Positions 1 to 13,039 of a DNA stretch of 64,000 nt are shown here, piece after piece. Position numbers and translations under genes: made by a program. The DNA lies in contig CAJINV010000005.1 of assembly GCA_905178155.1 (NCBI GenBank), forward strand, positions 6,718,153-6,782,152. Reading direction: 5' to 3'. The stretch comes from Amoebophrya sp. A120. Its lineage: Eukaryota; Protista; Dinoflagellata. How positions within the stretch are numbered: the first letter of the stretch is position 1; the number at the start of each line of letters is the position of its first letter. Below the pieces are notes generated by a model. That model saw only the letters and a program-made list of their open reading frames with translations, did no database searches and was not told where the DNA came from.

Positions 1-138
1 TGCATGACAAAGTGCGTTTCTGCATGACAGAAAAGTGGTGCTTTTGGGTAATGCGCATGACAGACTTTTGACTCATGCTAGCAGAGCATGACAAGCCTTG
101 CATTCATCGTCCCGACCCAGTTATATTTGCAATGGATA
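1..138. mobile_element. Introner family A, right end only (truncated by window)
   Basis: Ends ...CCCGACCCAGTTATATTTGCAATGGATA; several GCATGACA motifs. Confidence 0.8.
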
Positions 139-2226
139 AGGAGAAGAAAAAGACCACGCACACGAAAGTGGTCGCAGCGGTACAGGGGATTCGGCACGAC
201 ATCGAGAACGCGTATGAAAACGCTTTGGACGAGGGGATTATTTCCTCCAGTAGTAGCGACGCGGGCGGGAACCAGTACGAGGCGCAGATATTACCCAACA
301 TGTCGAATATCAAATGCAAAAATGTCTGGGTCCGGAAACTTGTGATGCTAAAACGTGCATGATAGAAACACTTCCGAATGCAGACCAGCATTACAACTTT
401 CCGGAGCACTTTCCCATAGGCAGCCCGCATGAGAAACTGCGTTTTTGCATGACAAAAATGGCTGCGGCTTTTGTCGGTTATGCAATACAGATTTCCCAGG
501 AATGTAAAGCTAGCATTGCAAGTTCCAACTTTACAGATCCAGACATATTTGCATTTGATATCGAAGTATCAACCACAAAAATACTGTCATCTGGGTCTGG
601 ACGAAGGATGCGAACAATTTGCGTTGCTGGTTCTTGCATGCCAAAGCGTTCTCGGTTATACATGACAGCATGACACCAGGTTTATTTCCGATGTCCCTTC
701 TTCGAGATTCAAACTCAAAGTCATCGGTAAATATATCGCATGACCACATCAATGCGCGATCCAGCACGAGAAGAATGCTGGCCACTCGTCCACGACCGAT
801 TTGTCGTGCATCAAAGATCATCTCGTTGTCCTCCGATGAATATCGCATCTTCACAAATCCAGACCCAATCATGTTTGCAATGCATACAATGCACGAGGTC
901 ATGCGGGAAGCAGCACTGGCGAGCAAGCGAGTATCGGATCGGGTGGCGGCGCCGTTCGGTGGGTATCAAATGCAAAAATGTCTGGGTCTGGAAAGTTGTG
1001 ATGCTGGGTGGCGTATCATGAGGAAGCAACAAGTGCTGGCTCAGCATGACAAGTTTCTACTGAGCTTCTAGGTGTTGCCTATTCTGCATGACAAACTGCG
1101 TTTTTGCATGACAGAAAAATGGGGCTCTTCGGTAACGTGCATGACAGATTTAAGAGTCATGCCAGACAAGCATGACAAACATGCAATTTTCCAGCCCCAG
1201 ATATTTTTGCAGTTGATAGTGGGTACAACTTGTCCATGAATGTGCACCGGCATCACCCACTGCAAGACCAGGTGAGGAAGCGGGAGCTGGATTCCTTTCG
1301 AAAAATCCAGTGGCGGAAGCAGGTACTTACTTTTTCGAAGATATAATTTATTTGAAAGACTTTGTCTTTGTCATGTAGGAGTAGGCATGAGAAGTTTGAG
1401 TTTGTCATGCAGGTTTGACATCAAAAACAAAATGCAAACAAAAACAGGCCGCGTCCAATTTGGAGGAGCACATCATGTCCCGATACTGCTTTGGGTATTC
1501 GCCGTATGAAGACAGTCGCATCTGGCCCAGCGTGCGGTTTCGCACCCACGCTTCGACGGACAAGATTTTGCGGAAGACGGATGAGTACGAATTGCAAAAA
1601 AAATGTCTGGGTTATCTGGAAGGATCCGAACTTGTAATGCGTTTTTCAGATCATGCAAAGATCTGTGATGCATAACGTGCAAAGATGCCCACTTCTGGCT
1701 ATGCTGAGAGGGTATTTCTCATGCAGAATAGGCACCACGAGGACCAAGGGGCTGTAGAACCTGTGATGCTAGGCCCTGCATTCCAGACGTGGGGGAGCTT
1801 GGAAAAACTGCATGACAAATCTCGGATGAATCTCCCAGACGCAGGCACATTTGCAGTTGATAACGAGCTGCCGGACTCGCTCTTCATGCCCGATGACTCC
1901 GACTCGGAGCTGGAAGTAAAAGTGGTTTTTTTTGTATCAAAAGAAAAAAGCTCGTCACGATCACTCATGGGCATTTTTGCAAGACAAAATTGTCTGTCAT
2001 GCGTAAAAATGCATCACAACCACACTTCATAAGGGATTTCCCTAGTGTTTCTGCAATACAAGGAGAAGTTGTGATGCAAAAAAAAATTGTAATGCAAATC
2101 CTGCAACTTAGTGACTGTGACAAACTTTTTTCTCTCCATATTTTGTGATCTGGTTCTTCTTCTTGCTTTGTAACGTGAAATTGGTAAAAAAACATGCATG
2201 TGCAAATGCATGGAAACCCTCTTGAG
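139..2226 (+). CDS. Hypothetical protein, 5'-truncated by the window edge; split by 5 introners and 1 GT-AG intron
   Basis: Removing each element plus 5 nt, and GT-AG intron 1272-1447, gives one frame: ...QILPNMSK-HEVMREAALASKRVSDRVAAPFGG-YNLSMNVHRHHPLQDQ-AASNLEEHIMSRYC...KTDE-LPDSLFMPDDSDSELEVK... The 3' end is uncertain. Confidence 0.75.
308..560. mobile_element. Introner family A
   Basis: TIR TATCAAATGCAAAAATGTCTGG / CCAGACATATTTGCATTTGATA; direct repeat (DR) TCGAA/TCGAA. Confidence 0.93.
567..886. mobile_element. Introner family A (diverged)
   Basis: TATCAACC...CTGGGTCTGG / CCAGACCCAA...TGCAATGCATA; DR CGAAG/CAATG; frame restored. Confidence 0.8.
964..1218. mobile_element. Introner family A
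   Basis: Family-A TIRs; DR GTGGG/GTGGG. Confidence 0.93.
1272..1447 (+). other. Canonical GT-AG intron
   Basis: CAG|GTGAGG...AAAACAG|GCC; removal keeps frame. Confidence 0.75.
1586..1862. mobile_element. Introner family A (diverged)
   Basis: TACGAATTGCAAAA...TGTCTGGG / CCCAGAC...TTTGCAGTTGATA; DR ATGAG/ACGAG. Confidence 0.85.
1935..2140. mobile_element. Introner family B (inverted relative to copies at 34360, 36173, 38203)
   Basis: TATCAAAAGAAAAAAGCTCGTCAC / GTGACAAACTTTTTTCTCTCCATA; DR TTTTG/TTTTG. Confidence 0.92.
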
Positions 2227-2874
2227 CACTGGTGTTGATGATTTTTGATGCATTTCTAGGATGCAATTGCAAAGAACTTTTCATGACCCGCCAAGGGTCG
2301 AAGATCATTCCTCGTGGTAGAGCGCACTGTATGGAAAAGTAGATGAACATCACTTGATGTGCAGCCTTTGTACTTGCGGATTTTAGTTTTGGAGGAAGAA
2401 ACGGGCGGTTTACGAAGATGCATGTCCAGTTTGCAACAAGAGACCACTTCATCTTCTGCAACATGTAGTGTTTCCATCTGAACCATGTTGCGAAGGAGAG
2501 TGTCGAAACTCATCAACTTTTGTTGATATTATATATGGCCCGAAAATCAAAAAATTTTGCACTCTACGTACAAGTACAAGTACGACCTCGTGCTTGTTCT
2601 CACGTGAGGCACTACTGAAGTTGTACAGAGCGTCACATTTTCATAACAGGCTCGTAGAGGGTATGGTTGTGGAATTCTTTGGGTGAAGAACCTAACCTGT
2701 ACATACAAAAACAGTGCATGTTGACGATTCAGATCTAGGGTTCTGTGTGCGGGACTGAAAAATTGCATTTTCTTTGCACCGCAATAGCTTTTTCGCTTAA
2801 GTATTTACATTCCACGTGCTGGCAAACCTAGATCTAGATCTACTGTACGAGCGCAATCTACTTCAAAGAAATCT

Positions 2875-3023
2875 TATCCTGTGCAAAAGTATCGTACTCG
2901 TATAAATGCAGGTCTTGCATTACAAATTTCTTTGTCAATGCAAATCAGCATTACAAATTTCATTTCTCATGCTGAGAGAGTTTGTAATGCATTTATACGA
3001 GCACGATACTTTTGCAGTTCATA
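2875..3023. mobile_element. Introner family C
   Basis: TATCCTGTGCAAAAGTATCGTACTCGTA / TACGAGCACGATACTTTTGCAGTTCATA; DR AATCT/AATCT. Confidence 0.92.
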
Positions 3024-3250
3024 AATCTGTAACTCCATACCCAACCGAATCTTCGACCCTGGACAGCGCCGGGAGAGTATGGAAAGAACTGGAACTCCAG
3101 AAAATCTTTTACTGTCATGCGGAGGATGGCATGACAGACATTATCTGTCATGCCATCTTCTGGAACATCATGACACGTAATAGGTACCGGATTTTCCCTG
3201 TCATAACATCATTCTTTGATGATTCTGATGTAAAAAAAGGCACGCGCCGG

Positions 3251-3444
3251 TATGGAGGGGAAGATCTTTTGTGGATTCGGTAAAGTGCATGACAAATTCA
3301 TAGTAGAGCAGTTTGCATTTTTTGCTGAGTTTTGTGTCATGCATGGCTCCACAACTGATTCTGATGCAGCATAGATTACTTACCATCACAAGCAGAATTT
3401 GTCCTGTGATTTTTAGCCAAAAGATCTTCTTCTTCGCTTGCATA
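3251..3444. mobile_element. Degenerate introner-like element
   Basis: TAT...AAGATCTTTTG / CAAAAGATCTT...CATA; internal GCATGACA/TGTCATGC motifs; no matching DR. Confidence 0.45.
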
Positions 3445-4945
3445 TCTTCACGTCGAAGGAAGAACAAGGTTGGACTGTCGCTGTATGGAACGAAAAAACA
3501 GGTTGTTGTCATTTTGATTTTCATCAAATTTGTAGTGCATTTTCTGCAGAGGAGCAGCCGCAAGGCCTTTGTACTCGACCAAACAATAACAAGGTGGAGG
3601 AACTTTACGCACGGTGTGCTGTATTGTTGCAAGTTTAGCAATACAACTTTGTCGTGCACGGACTTTCAGACTTTAACCTCTAGTTTTTCCGTTTCATACC
3701 CGCGACGTGGGGGCCGTGCTAGGACGTGGACTCTGAGGAGAGCACTTTTAACTGAATTTCTCATGCAGAAACGCATCAAAGGCAAACTCCGTCTTATGCT
3801 GCTTTTACCAATATGTTTCAATTCGTCAACTTTCAGTTTCACTGTCATGTCTGAATTATTCATTGTACTTTGTTTCCTATCAATGCAAGCGGTTTTTCAT
3901 CTTCGTGCTTCTCTTGTAACTTTTGTACCACTACAGCGACTCTTCTACAGAGTACTATTACAACCTGTACGAAAAGAGCAGCCCCAGTCGCCTACTCAAT
4001 TTGTAATTGGACACTGCAGCTAGCTAGCTAGTACGAGGTAGGTACTCTTCATCTAGGCACCAAGAAGAACTTCCTTCTGGAGAAGTAAGTAAGTACTTAC
4101 AGTGAAGAATCGCCCCTTGGTGCTGCCTAAGTTTGTATTCGTCCTTTGTATGATGATGTACCTGCTATTTGTTTCCTGCTGGCAGTGGCAGTCACCTCAC
4201 GACCGCCGCTAGAGAAAATTGGAACACGCACAGTCAAAACAATAGGAAAACAGTTCCACCTCGCGCAGCTCTGTCGTGCCTGTCGCAACGAGCAGTTGTT
4301 TCACTCGACGACGAGTAGACACCTGATAAATGATGTTCCTTTTCGCAACTCGTCTCGTCGGTTTTGTTTCGACGAGCTTACAGCGTTTTTCGCAACGACC
4401 GAGAGAGAGTGTTGTAAAAATGGATTCTTTTTTGCTTCGTTTCGTTCGTACTTACTAGTAAGTACACTAAAAGAAGTTCAGAACCATCAAAACGGACTTG
4501 TAACGAGTGACCGAGAAGATGCTTTTATTTGTTCAAAAAGTGTGAAGAGCCTTTGATTTTCATTTTAGGATATCGCTTTCAACATCCCCTACGTGACCCC
4601 CAAGCCCAACATTCCGAACTTTTATGCCGTACTAATCCCATCCACAAAGATCATGCTCCCCACAATCAATCCCGCTTCTCCAGTGTGCTTTCGATTGTTG
4701 TTGTTTTCAAAAGTTGATGCTTCCCGGCCAGTTTGTTGTAATTAGTAGTTGATGATTCACGACACAATCTTCAGAAACAAAATTCTGTGACTTGTCGAAA
4801 TCAATAGACAGCGCAGTTTCTTAGGAGTCGCAGGGATGCGCGTAGTCGTCTTTGTCTTGCACAGTTGATGACAGCTAGTTATTTTTTTGCACAGAGCTAC
4901 AATTTGAATTTATACCGTTGATCTTGATGTTGATGAAATATCTTC

Positions 4946-5224
4946 TATCCTGAGTAAAAACGTCCCCACACCAGAGTCAGGATGGGGATTTTGCAACACA
5001 AACCTAGGAGTTTTGGGAGTCACGCATGACAAATTGCACTCCGCAGTGTAGTGCTGGTTAGCAAGTGCAGCCGCATCACAGATTCATCTGCTCATCCTGT
5101 TCACAGCATCACAAATTCCAAAACACGATTGGAAATGGCTCTCATGGGGATGCGCATTACAAGTCTTCCTGTCTTTGCAAATCTGCATTACAACTCTGGC
5201 GTGGGTACGTTTTTACTCAGGATA
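4946..5224. mobile_element. Introner family D
   Basis: TATCCTGAGTAAAAACGTCCCCACACCAGAGT / ACTCTGGCGTGGGTACGTTTTTACTCAGGATA; DR TCTTC/TCTTC. Confidence 0.93.
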
Positions 5225-5289
5225 TCTTCCAAGAAAAAAAAACTGTATTTGACGATCTTCCAAGAAGACACCGGAAAAATACATGTTTA

Positions 5290-5483
5290 TATGCAACGCA
5301 AATATGTCTGGGTAGTTGGGAAGAGTCCAAACTTGTCATGCTAAATCTGACACGTACAAAACTCTGCGTTCTTGCAAAGGAATCTTGTGAAGTTTGTCTT
5401 GCTTCTGGGTGCAGTATTCCAGACCATCTTTGTGGTCCACGAGATGCGTGACCTCCAGACCCAGGCATATTTTGCGCTGGATA
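5290..5483. mobile_element. Introner family A-like
   Basis: TATGCAACGCAAATATGTCTGGGT / ACCCAGGCATATTTTGCGCTGGATA; DR GTTTA/TTTTA. Confidence 0.8.
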
Positions 5484-5606
5484 TTTTACTATACGAGCAT
5501 TCTTTTGAAGCACTTCCCCGCACTCTGCGCTCCGACTGCTAAACGAAAATCGTCCTCGTCTACCAGTTGTAGAAGAGAGGACAAGAAGATCAAGGGAAAC
5601 TGTTGT

Positions 5607-5875
5607 TATCAAATGTAAAAATCTCTGGGTCTGGAGGAAGAATGCAACTTGTCATGCTAAATCTGAAGCATGCAAAAATCTGTGTTGCATGATTACCAAA
5701 AGTGGGTCGTCCAGTTTTGACCAAGTCGGGAGGGAGTTTGTCATGCAGGATAGGCATGAGAGAGATCGCACAGAATCTGTCATGCTAGGTCCCGCATTCC
5801 TGGGCTCATCGGTCATGGAAAAGCTGCATGACAAATCGCGCACTCTTCTAGACCCAGACACTTTTACATTTGATA
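5607..5875. mobile_element. Introner family A
   Basis: Family-A TIRs; DR GTTGT/GTTGT; internally close to the copy at 38790. Confidence 0.93.
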
Positions 5876-7927
5876 GTTGTACCGTTATTGCGAGATCGCA
5901 CGGACTGTCTACATCTACATACAAGACACACGACCGGAGCAACGAACAACGGGGGAGGATAGGAGTTACTGTTACTCTCGACGTGGTATAATTATTTTTC
6001 AGCTACATGATTTTCATGCTGTACTAAGTAGTACTACCATTGCGCCGCATTTGTGTCGTGGGTTGATTCACTATCCCAGGAGGAGATCATGATATGAAAG
6101 TGGAACATCTATCAATACCATACAGGTGGTTGTTGCACTGACGTCCGCGCACACGACACTGCTGCACAAACCTGGAGGTTCAGCAGAACGCAGTCACCTA
6201 CTTACCTATCAGCTAACGGAAAGGCCAAATTTGCTTCGGACCCGCACCTGGAGGACCAAGTCCAAGCTACACATCAGAGAACCAAACGTGGCCGATCGCC
6301 GGTCTTGGTCGAAGGTACTTATACAATTTTGCCTTCTTCGGCGATGCTTCTTTCCTTACGGTACACGTACTTGATATGACGTTAGCATTTCTTGTCATGC
6401 GTGTTTGTCAAAGCATATTTTGTTTCGGCACTTTATCCCGCACAAGAACTCTAGTTGGAGAAAAAATTTTCTTCGCCACTACACAAATACATAATCAATG
6501 AACAGGTCCCGTCTAATATTCGCGTGTCGGGAAATTTTTATTGCGGACACGCAGCCGGGTGGACCGACTGCGGCCACTGCTCTCGAGACTGAACCATCTG
6601 TACCATCGGGGAGAACGGGCGCAGGTATTGACATGTTGAGGAAGATCTTCATGGACAGTTTTCTCTCTGTCATGCGTGAGTGCTTGCATAGGACGCTGCG
6701 ACTGTGTGCATTCCTCATGGGATTGTTTACGAAAAAAACACCGGAAGTACAAAAATCCTCAGTGCTGTTCGTAGGGCTCGCCGAGAAAGTGGACTTCTGT
6801 CACAAGTCGGGATCATCATCTACAAGAAACCCTTCACGAGAAACAAGATACGCGTTGGGAGGAGTTGTACTTCAGGAGCTCGCGTAGAACCAACTACAGC
6901 ACGGACGAGGACTTTGCGACAAGGGACTCGGACCGCGGCCGGGAACTGGAAGGATTCGGTACTGCTGGTCGAAGTTTGATTTCAAATGAGGGTTTTTACC
7001 GTAAAGATAGATATCCTGCGTGACTTGTTTTGACCTGTCAGTGTCATGCACAAGAAGAAGTCGATTCTGTTTCGATTTCGAAAGGGGAAAAATAAAAAAT
7101 CCAGGTTTCACCACGACCACGTACTCCAGTATTTTCCATTTTCTATCTTGGAAGTCATCCGTCTCCAGCGGGTCGTGTATCCAAGGTCTAGTACGAGAAC
7201 GACGAAAATAAACCTGCTATCCGAAATATTCACGTGACCACTGCTTTCATCCTGGGTTTCCAGGTTCTGCGCAACCACGTGAACGAAGCGGGGTAAAACC
7301 GGAAGGAAGACGGAATCATATTACGCGGTCCACCGGGGCGGATTTATACCGAGGAAACAGGGTGCTTCGAACTGCAAGTAGTCTTCGGAACTGTATCTTG
7401 TCAACCTTCCACACGACCTGTACGTACGACCGGGACCACTGGGGGTATTAAAGTTGTTGGGCGTCCGTTTTTTCTGTTTTAGCGAGGATTCGATTTTGAT
7501 GCCGTCTCTTGTCATCTACCTGGTTTTCGATTGGTAGGACCGCAGTATGCATGATGAACAGAGCTGTTATATGGGTTCTCTGTGCAACACGATGTGCTGC
7601 AAAGAAGGCATGAATGAAAGGAAATCTTAATCTGATTTTTCCAGACAAGAGACATCAAAGTCGAATCGAAATAAACAAAATGCAGGGGGACTACAACTTC
7701 CTAGAAGCAGGACCGAGCAGGACGTAATCCACCTTCTACGCTTTGGCTCCTGCTTACCATAGCTCCTCGCTCTGAGCAGCAAATCGTGTAGTAGTTGCTG
7801 AATATACAACTCTGGGGACCCGTCCGTGCTGGTTTTGCTCCAAGTTTGGACGTCGAGGTGCCACAACTTGAATTTTTTATCGGTGGTGCTGTTGACTCGG
7901 GTCGTGTGTGAAGATTCCTCACTGACG

Positions 7928-8089
7928 TATCCCACAGAAAAAAGCAGGCAGGGCAGATTTGTAATGCACAAATAAATACACAGAAATGGTCGGCCCCATA
8001 GCATGTTGTTTAGGATACGCAATGCAGATTTTTTTGTGTATTTATTTTTGCATCACAAATGTGACCTGCCGGCTTTTTTCTGTGTGGTA
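7928..8089. mobile_element. Introner family K
   Basis: TATCCCACAGAAAAAAGCAGGCAGG / CCTGCCGGCTTTTTTCTGTGTGGTA; DR TGACG/GGACG. Confidence 0.82.
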
Positions 8090-8224
8090 GGACGATCGGC
8101 CACGGGTGCGATCTGCTTGCTGCTCTTTGTCCTCAAACAGGTTCTTGCACGGTCTTCTTTTTCCACTGCACTTTGGAACAAGTGCGGTAGTATCGTCCGG
8201 GTACGGGGGCAACTGGGTGCAGGA

Positions 8225-8830
8225 ACGGATACGGCAACTGGGGCTAGGAACGGATACGGTACGGGCAGGACTGGTTGCTGCACGGGCAGGAGTGGATACG
8301 GCACGGGCAGGACTGGATACGGCACGGGTAGGACTGGATACGGCACGGGCACCAGAAGTGGAGACGGCAAGGGCAGGAGTGGATACGACGACGTGGAGCA
8401 GGGACGGATACGGGTACGTGGGTAGGGACGGATACGGTTGGAAACGTGGAGCTGGGACGGATACGGTTGGAATAAACGTGGAGCTGGTCGAACGGATACG
8501 GGTACGAGGGTAGGGACGGATACGGTTGGAAACGTGGAGCTGGGACGGATACGGTTGGAATAAACGTGGAGCTGGTCGAACGGATACGGGTACGAGGGTA
8601 GGGACGGATACGGTTGGAAACGTGGAGCTGGGACGGATACGGTTGGAATAAACGTGGAGCTGGTCGAACGGATACGGGTACGTGTGTGGGGACGGATACG
8701 GTTGGAAACGTGGTGGAGCAGGTACGGGTACCGCTGGCAACGTGGAGTACCAGAAACGGATCAGTACGGCTGGCAACGTGGAGCACCAGGAACGGGCACG
8801 GCTGGCAACGTGGAGCAGGGACTGGTACGG
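8225..8830. repeat. Compound minisatellite built on ACGGATACGG
   Basis: 21-bp units (GATACGGCACGGGCAGGACTG) at ~8256-8390, then three ~88-bp units (AATAAACGTG at 8471, 8559, 8647). Confidence 0.9.
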
Positions 8831-9500
8831 CAAGTCGGGTTACTTCGTTGGGTAAGGGTTTGAATAAACAACTGAAAGAACCAGGTCACTAGCAAGAATG
8901 CCGCAGATTAGATAAACCCACGATAACACTACAATCTTGCCACAATGCCGGGCGGCGTGCTGCAGCAGCTCTTGCACAGCTCGACTGCAGCAGAACCGGA
9001 AATTATTCCACCTGCCCCGTCGCCTCTGGTCGACGTCGAACAACACCAGCATTATGTAAAGGTCCGTGAACCGAAAAGGGGGCTTGCCAACCACCATCTT
9101 CCAAAAACGTCTTTTGCAAGACCAGAACCGCCCGTGGGGACACACATGAACCACGACCCAGTATTAGTGGACTGCGACGACGACTTGCTGAAGTTGCTTA
9201 CGGTGAAGAAAAAAACCGGGTTTTTCGCGATCTCCAGGGATGGTGAAGTTCAGAACGGATTATGTGCCGGAACAAAGCCCGGGAACTCGGGGAAGTTTTA
9301 TCCCAGTGAAATTCATGTTTTCTGAATCAAAGCAAATACAGAGAGTGAAGTAATGCATCGATGCATCGAAAAATAACGTCGCAGGCATGGATGCCGAGAA
9401 GAGTGAATGCAGAAGCGGATCGGATCCATGATAGGTTTTCGTTTTCTGGAGTGCTTACTGACAGGCTCGACTTTGATTCAATCAAAATTACAATTTCTGT

Positions 9501-10958
9501 GTGCATAATCTTGGCATTCCTCCTCCCAGAACGACAGCACCAGGGTTCTCCTCTGCGGGTGGATCATCCTCTTCCACAGCACCTTTTCCCCACCGATCCG
9601 GTTCTGCAGCGTTGTCGCTTGTCCCCCAACATCAACCCGGCGGACCAACAAGCGCAGCTGCCTCTACAACTGGACTGCACGGCAACGATGCCTCCCCACG
9701 AACCTGCTTTCTGGGCATGACGCAGAGCGACTACATTCTGAAGCGGAGCGGGTTTACGATTCGAGGGGAAACCGGAATCGCAGACACTGCTGGTGGGGGA
9801 CATCATGATTACAACATGCGGCATGCGGGACCGACAGGAGCAGTAAACTTCGCTGACGGAGGAGGTGATGGATCGTTCTTCAACACTGGTAGCAGCGGTC
9901 CCGCAGCGGGAGGTGTTGGGACAAAAACTTCGCGAAACGGCGCTCGCAGTGCGACCACGTCGTTCCCAGCGGTTGACGGCGGAGGCAGGGGGACAGAGGG
10001 AACAGGAAACAATGTGAATTCCTTGATGAACCCGTCGAAAGCGAAGCGGGCTGCAGAGGAGAGAGGATTGGGCAGTGAGCAGAATCATGCGGCTGGGCGT
10101 GCAAGGAAGCAGGGCGCTGATATTGCAGGTGGTCGACTGCGAACGAAAAGTTTGAAGGGGACGTTGTTCACGACCGACTCACCGATCGGCGGACAGTCGA
10201 CCGCAGGCGGACCAGGCGCGAACGATGCAAGAGAACAAGCACTAGAAAACCAATTTGTCGAGGAGGTCAAGAAAGATGTCCAAGATCACGGCGGGGACGG
10301 AAAATTGAAGATAGTAGTAAAAGAAGGGGTGCAAAATCAAGAACCAAGCTCATCAACAGCAGGCGCCGTCCCGACGAGTGAAAAGCACGTGGTAGTTGTG
10401 GACCCGAAGAATGAGAGCGTCGAACTGGGTGAGTTCATGCAAGTGCAGCTGGGGTACCCGAAGCGTTTTCCCGTTACGGTTTTTGTCGTGAACGATGTTA
10501 ACTTTGCTAAGAAATATCCAAGGAACGAACACCATCACAATCGCATTTAGGAGGTTTTGCATCAGAAATTTCTCTCGCATGACAAATTTTTCTTGTATTG
10601 CAAAAACACAAAGGGAGACTACCTGTAAATTCTTGACTGTGGTTCATTTTTGCGCATGACAAAAATTTTTGTACTTATTGCAAAAACGTGCAAAAGTGAT
10701 CATTGTGATGGTGTTTTTTTGTTGAATATTAAGAAAGGGGGCCTGGCCAGTACTAGCGGGGCGATCGATATTCCGACTGCAGGGCCGGCGCCGGGAGAGC
10801 TAGCTGCTCAAGAAGATGCAAAACCCAAACGGTACGCCGTTGTTGTTAGCGATCCGAATCAAGTTTTTGACGCTACAGCTATGGGGGGGACTGAGCAGCG
10901 CACTCAAAAAAAAACCAAAAGTCCATGTATGCGTTTGTCCCTTAAAAATAGTCCCTAG
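9501..10958 (+). CDS. Hypothetical Gly/Thr/Ala-rich protein, one introner
   Basis: The 349-aa ORF joins in frame to KGGLASTSGAIDIP... after removal of 10515-10733; both ends uncertain. Confidence 0.6.
10515..10728. mobile_element. Introner, single-copy family
   Basis: TATCCAAGGAACGAACACCATCACAAT / ATTGTGATGGTGTTTTTTTGTTGAATA; offset flanking repeat TAAGAAA. Confidence 0.75.
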
Positions 10959-11906
10959 TAAAATCACGACTATCACGCACGGTTTGCCATTCTCAGAACA
11001 GGTGTCATCGGCGTCTCGGGAACGAGCTACCGATTGTAGTATGAAGTTAAGAAGTACTAGCAAGAAGTCCCAAGAACCCGTGCGAGGTAGTTAAGACGCA
11101 TCATCCCTAGCAAAGACAAGATGTATCTGGATCACCATCGAAGCAGAAGTAGGAGGCGGCTGAGGCCTAATTCTTGGCCCGGCTTTCGCGGTCCCGCGAC
11201 CGCGGGCCGCCAAACGCCTACCAACCACCATGCCGCGCGCGTGCTTTTCTTCGCTTTGTGTGGTGCGTTAATTATCGTAACTGCAAAGCGAAAGCTGGGG
11301 CTCCTGGCTAGCTCGCATCTTTAATAAGTACCCAGAACAGGGCGCCCGGCGGGGTGCGCCGTAGCACCGAGAAAACTTTGAGTCCCACAGTTTCAATCCC
11401 AATCCCGAACTGTCTACAGTTTCAAAAGAAGGACGAATAGGTTGACCGAGTCGGGGCCGATCCAAGATCCGACAACCCGGAGCCCGGATCCCGGATCCCG
11501 GCCCGTCGCTCGGCCCGGTCCTTGACGGCCCGATGCCACTTCTACCCCGAGCCGGGAGACAATAATCAGGATCGCCACGGGCCTGCCAGCAGAGTCAGGC
11601 GCTCGACATCAGGAACCAAGCGCACAACCCGGGGAAGCGTTGCGGCACTGCAGTGGTGTGCCCGGGCCAACGCAGTGCGGCAGCGTACCCGGGTGGAAAT
11701 AATGCGCCGGCCCACTGCTATGGCTGTCGGTGTGCCCGCCTCTGCATCATGGGGCGACACGCGTGAACAACGCGCGCTGCGATTGCAATCCTCGGCCATG
11801 CGGGGCTTCTCTTTGTTTTTCTGCCTAGCTCGCCTTCTGTAAATTGATTCCATCAGGCAGCCAGCTGCTGGCATCTGGTAATACAATGCGAGTAAAAAAG
11901 CATTAA

Positions 11907-13039
11907 TCAAAAAGCTGCGCCGGGTTTTGTTTCGTTGGTTTGGTTGCCTGCTTTCCTGGGGGGCGCATTTTTCGGAATTCCAATGCCGGGCGCGCGGCGT
12001 CTTCGGGGGGGGATTGTTTCCGGGGGTTGTGTTCCTTCGGGCCCTTGGCCCCCGGGTGCCGTGTTTGGGTTCTGGGGTGCCCGCGAGCGTCGAGGGCGGC
12101 TAGCTGGTTGCTTTCCTCCTTCCAGCATACGCATCGGGAATGATGTCTGCCGTGTTGCTCCTCGAGCCGAAGAGTCTTGGGTGTGCGCTCTGTTCTGGGG
12201 GTTGGGGCAAATTGTCGCGGAGGCGCCCCGGGAGTTGGGGGGCCGCCCCCCGAGGGTCCGGGCGCCGGTGTTTGTCCAAGGTGCGTCGGGTGGTGATAAC
12301 GCTTTTGGTGGGCCGGCGGTGGGCACGGGTTTTTGCAGAGGGAGTTGCAGAACTTGCAGGAACCTTTGTCGGGGTTTCTGCAATAACCTCTGCAGTAGTC
12401 TTTGCATTAACCTGCGCAATAAAAGCTGCGTCAAAATCTGCACAAATTGCAAAACAAGGCGAACCCTGTCGGAAATCGCGCCCCCTGAAATTAAAAAAAA
12501 AGCTAATGCGTATTGTAATGCAAACCCAAACTGAATTGAAGCCATAAACTAAAGCGGGCCACCCACTCACAAAACACGCCCGGAGCTGAGTGTGGGCGGG
12601 GGGTGCGTTTTCCCCCCGGCAGGGGGGTATTTGCCGAAATGTGTTCCGTTTGGCGCAGCCCCTCTTCCGGAGTTTTGTGCGGTTCGGGAATCGGGTCGGT
12701 TTTGTTTTCCCCTTTTTTTGCTTTCCCATTGACGGCCGCCTTCCGAAGGTCCCCACGCATAGAGGCAAACAGCCCGGGCGCTGCCATCGCCTCTCTTGGG
12801 TTCTTGGTTGGCGATATGGCCTCCCCAAGGGGGGGCTGCGCCGGTTCTTCCATTCCTCCTTCCAAGGGCGCATGGTGCCGAGTTGGGTCGGGCCGTGCTT
12901 GGGTTCTGTGTGGCAGCGCCCTGCCCCCATGGCGGCAGGTCTCGGGGCCACAGGGTTGGGTTGTGTGCGCCCTCTGTGTTTGCCTTGGTGTGTTGGCGTT
13001 GTTCAAGGGCGCAAGCCTTCGTCCTTTTGTGCTTGGGGA
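11907..13039. mobile_element. Putative non-autonomous element flanked by TTAA
   Basis: GCA-TTAA|TCAAAAAGC ... GCTTGGGGA|TTAA-TGC; the empty site would be the palindrome GCATTAATGC; short imperfect TIR. Confidence 0.45.

Noticed and set aside
314-673. Recurrent short ORFs such as IKCKNVWVWK, FQTQTFLHLI and YGEKKVCHSH as a peptide family
   Set aside because: They are translations of introner TIRs, not genes.
2200-7900. Complete gene models in this interval
   Set aside because: Introners at 2875, 4946, 5290 and 5607 suggest transcribed DNA, but I could not establish strand or frame with confidence.
10880-10960. Short introner starting TATGGGGGGGACT
   Set aside because: Only a weak inverted match, no DR, no GCATNACA motifs, and far shorter than the other elements.
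11935-12534. Metallothionein-like Cys-rich protein
   Set aside because: The CxxxC pattern derives from a periodic DNA repeat inside a putative mobile element; there is no other support.
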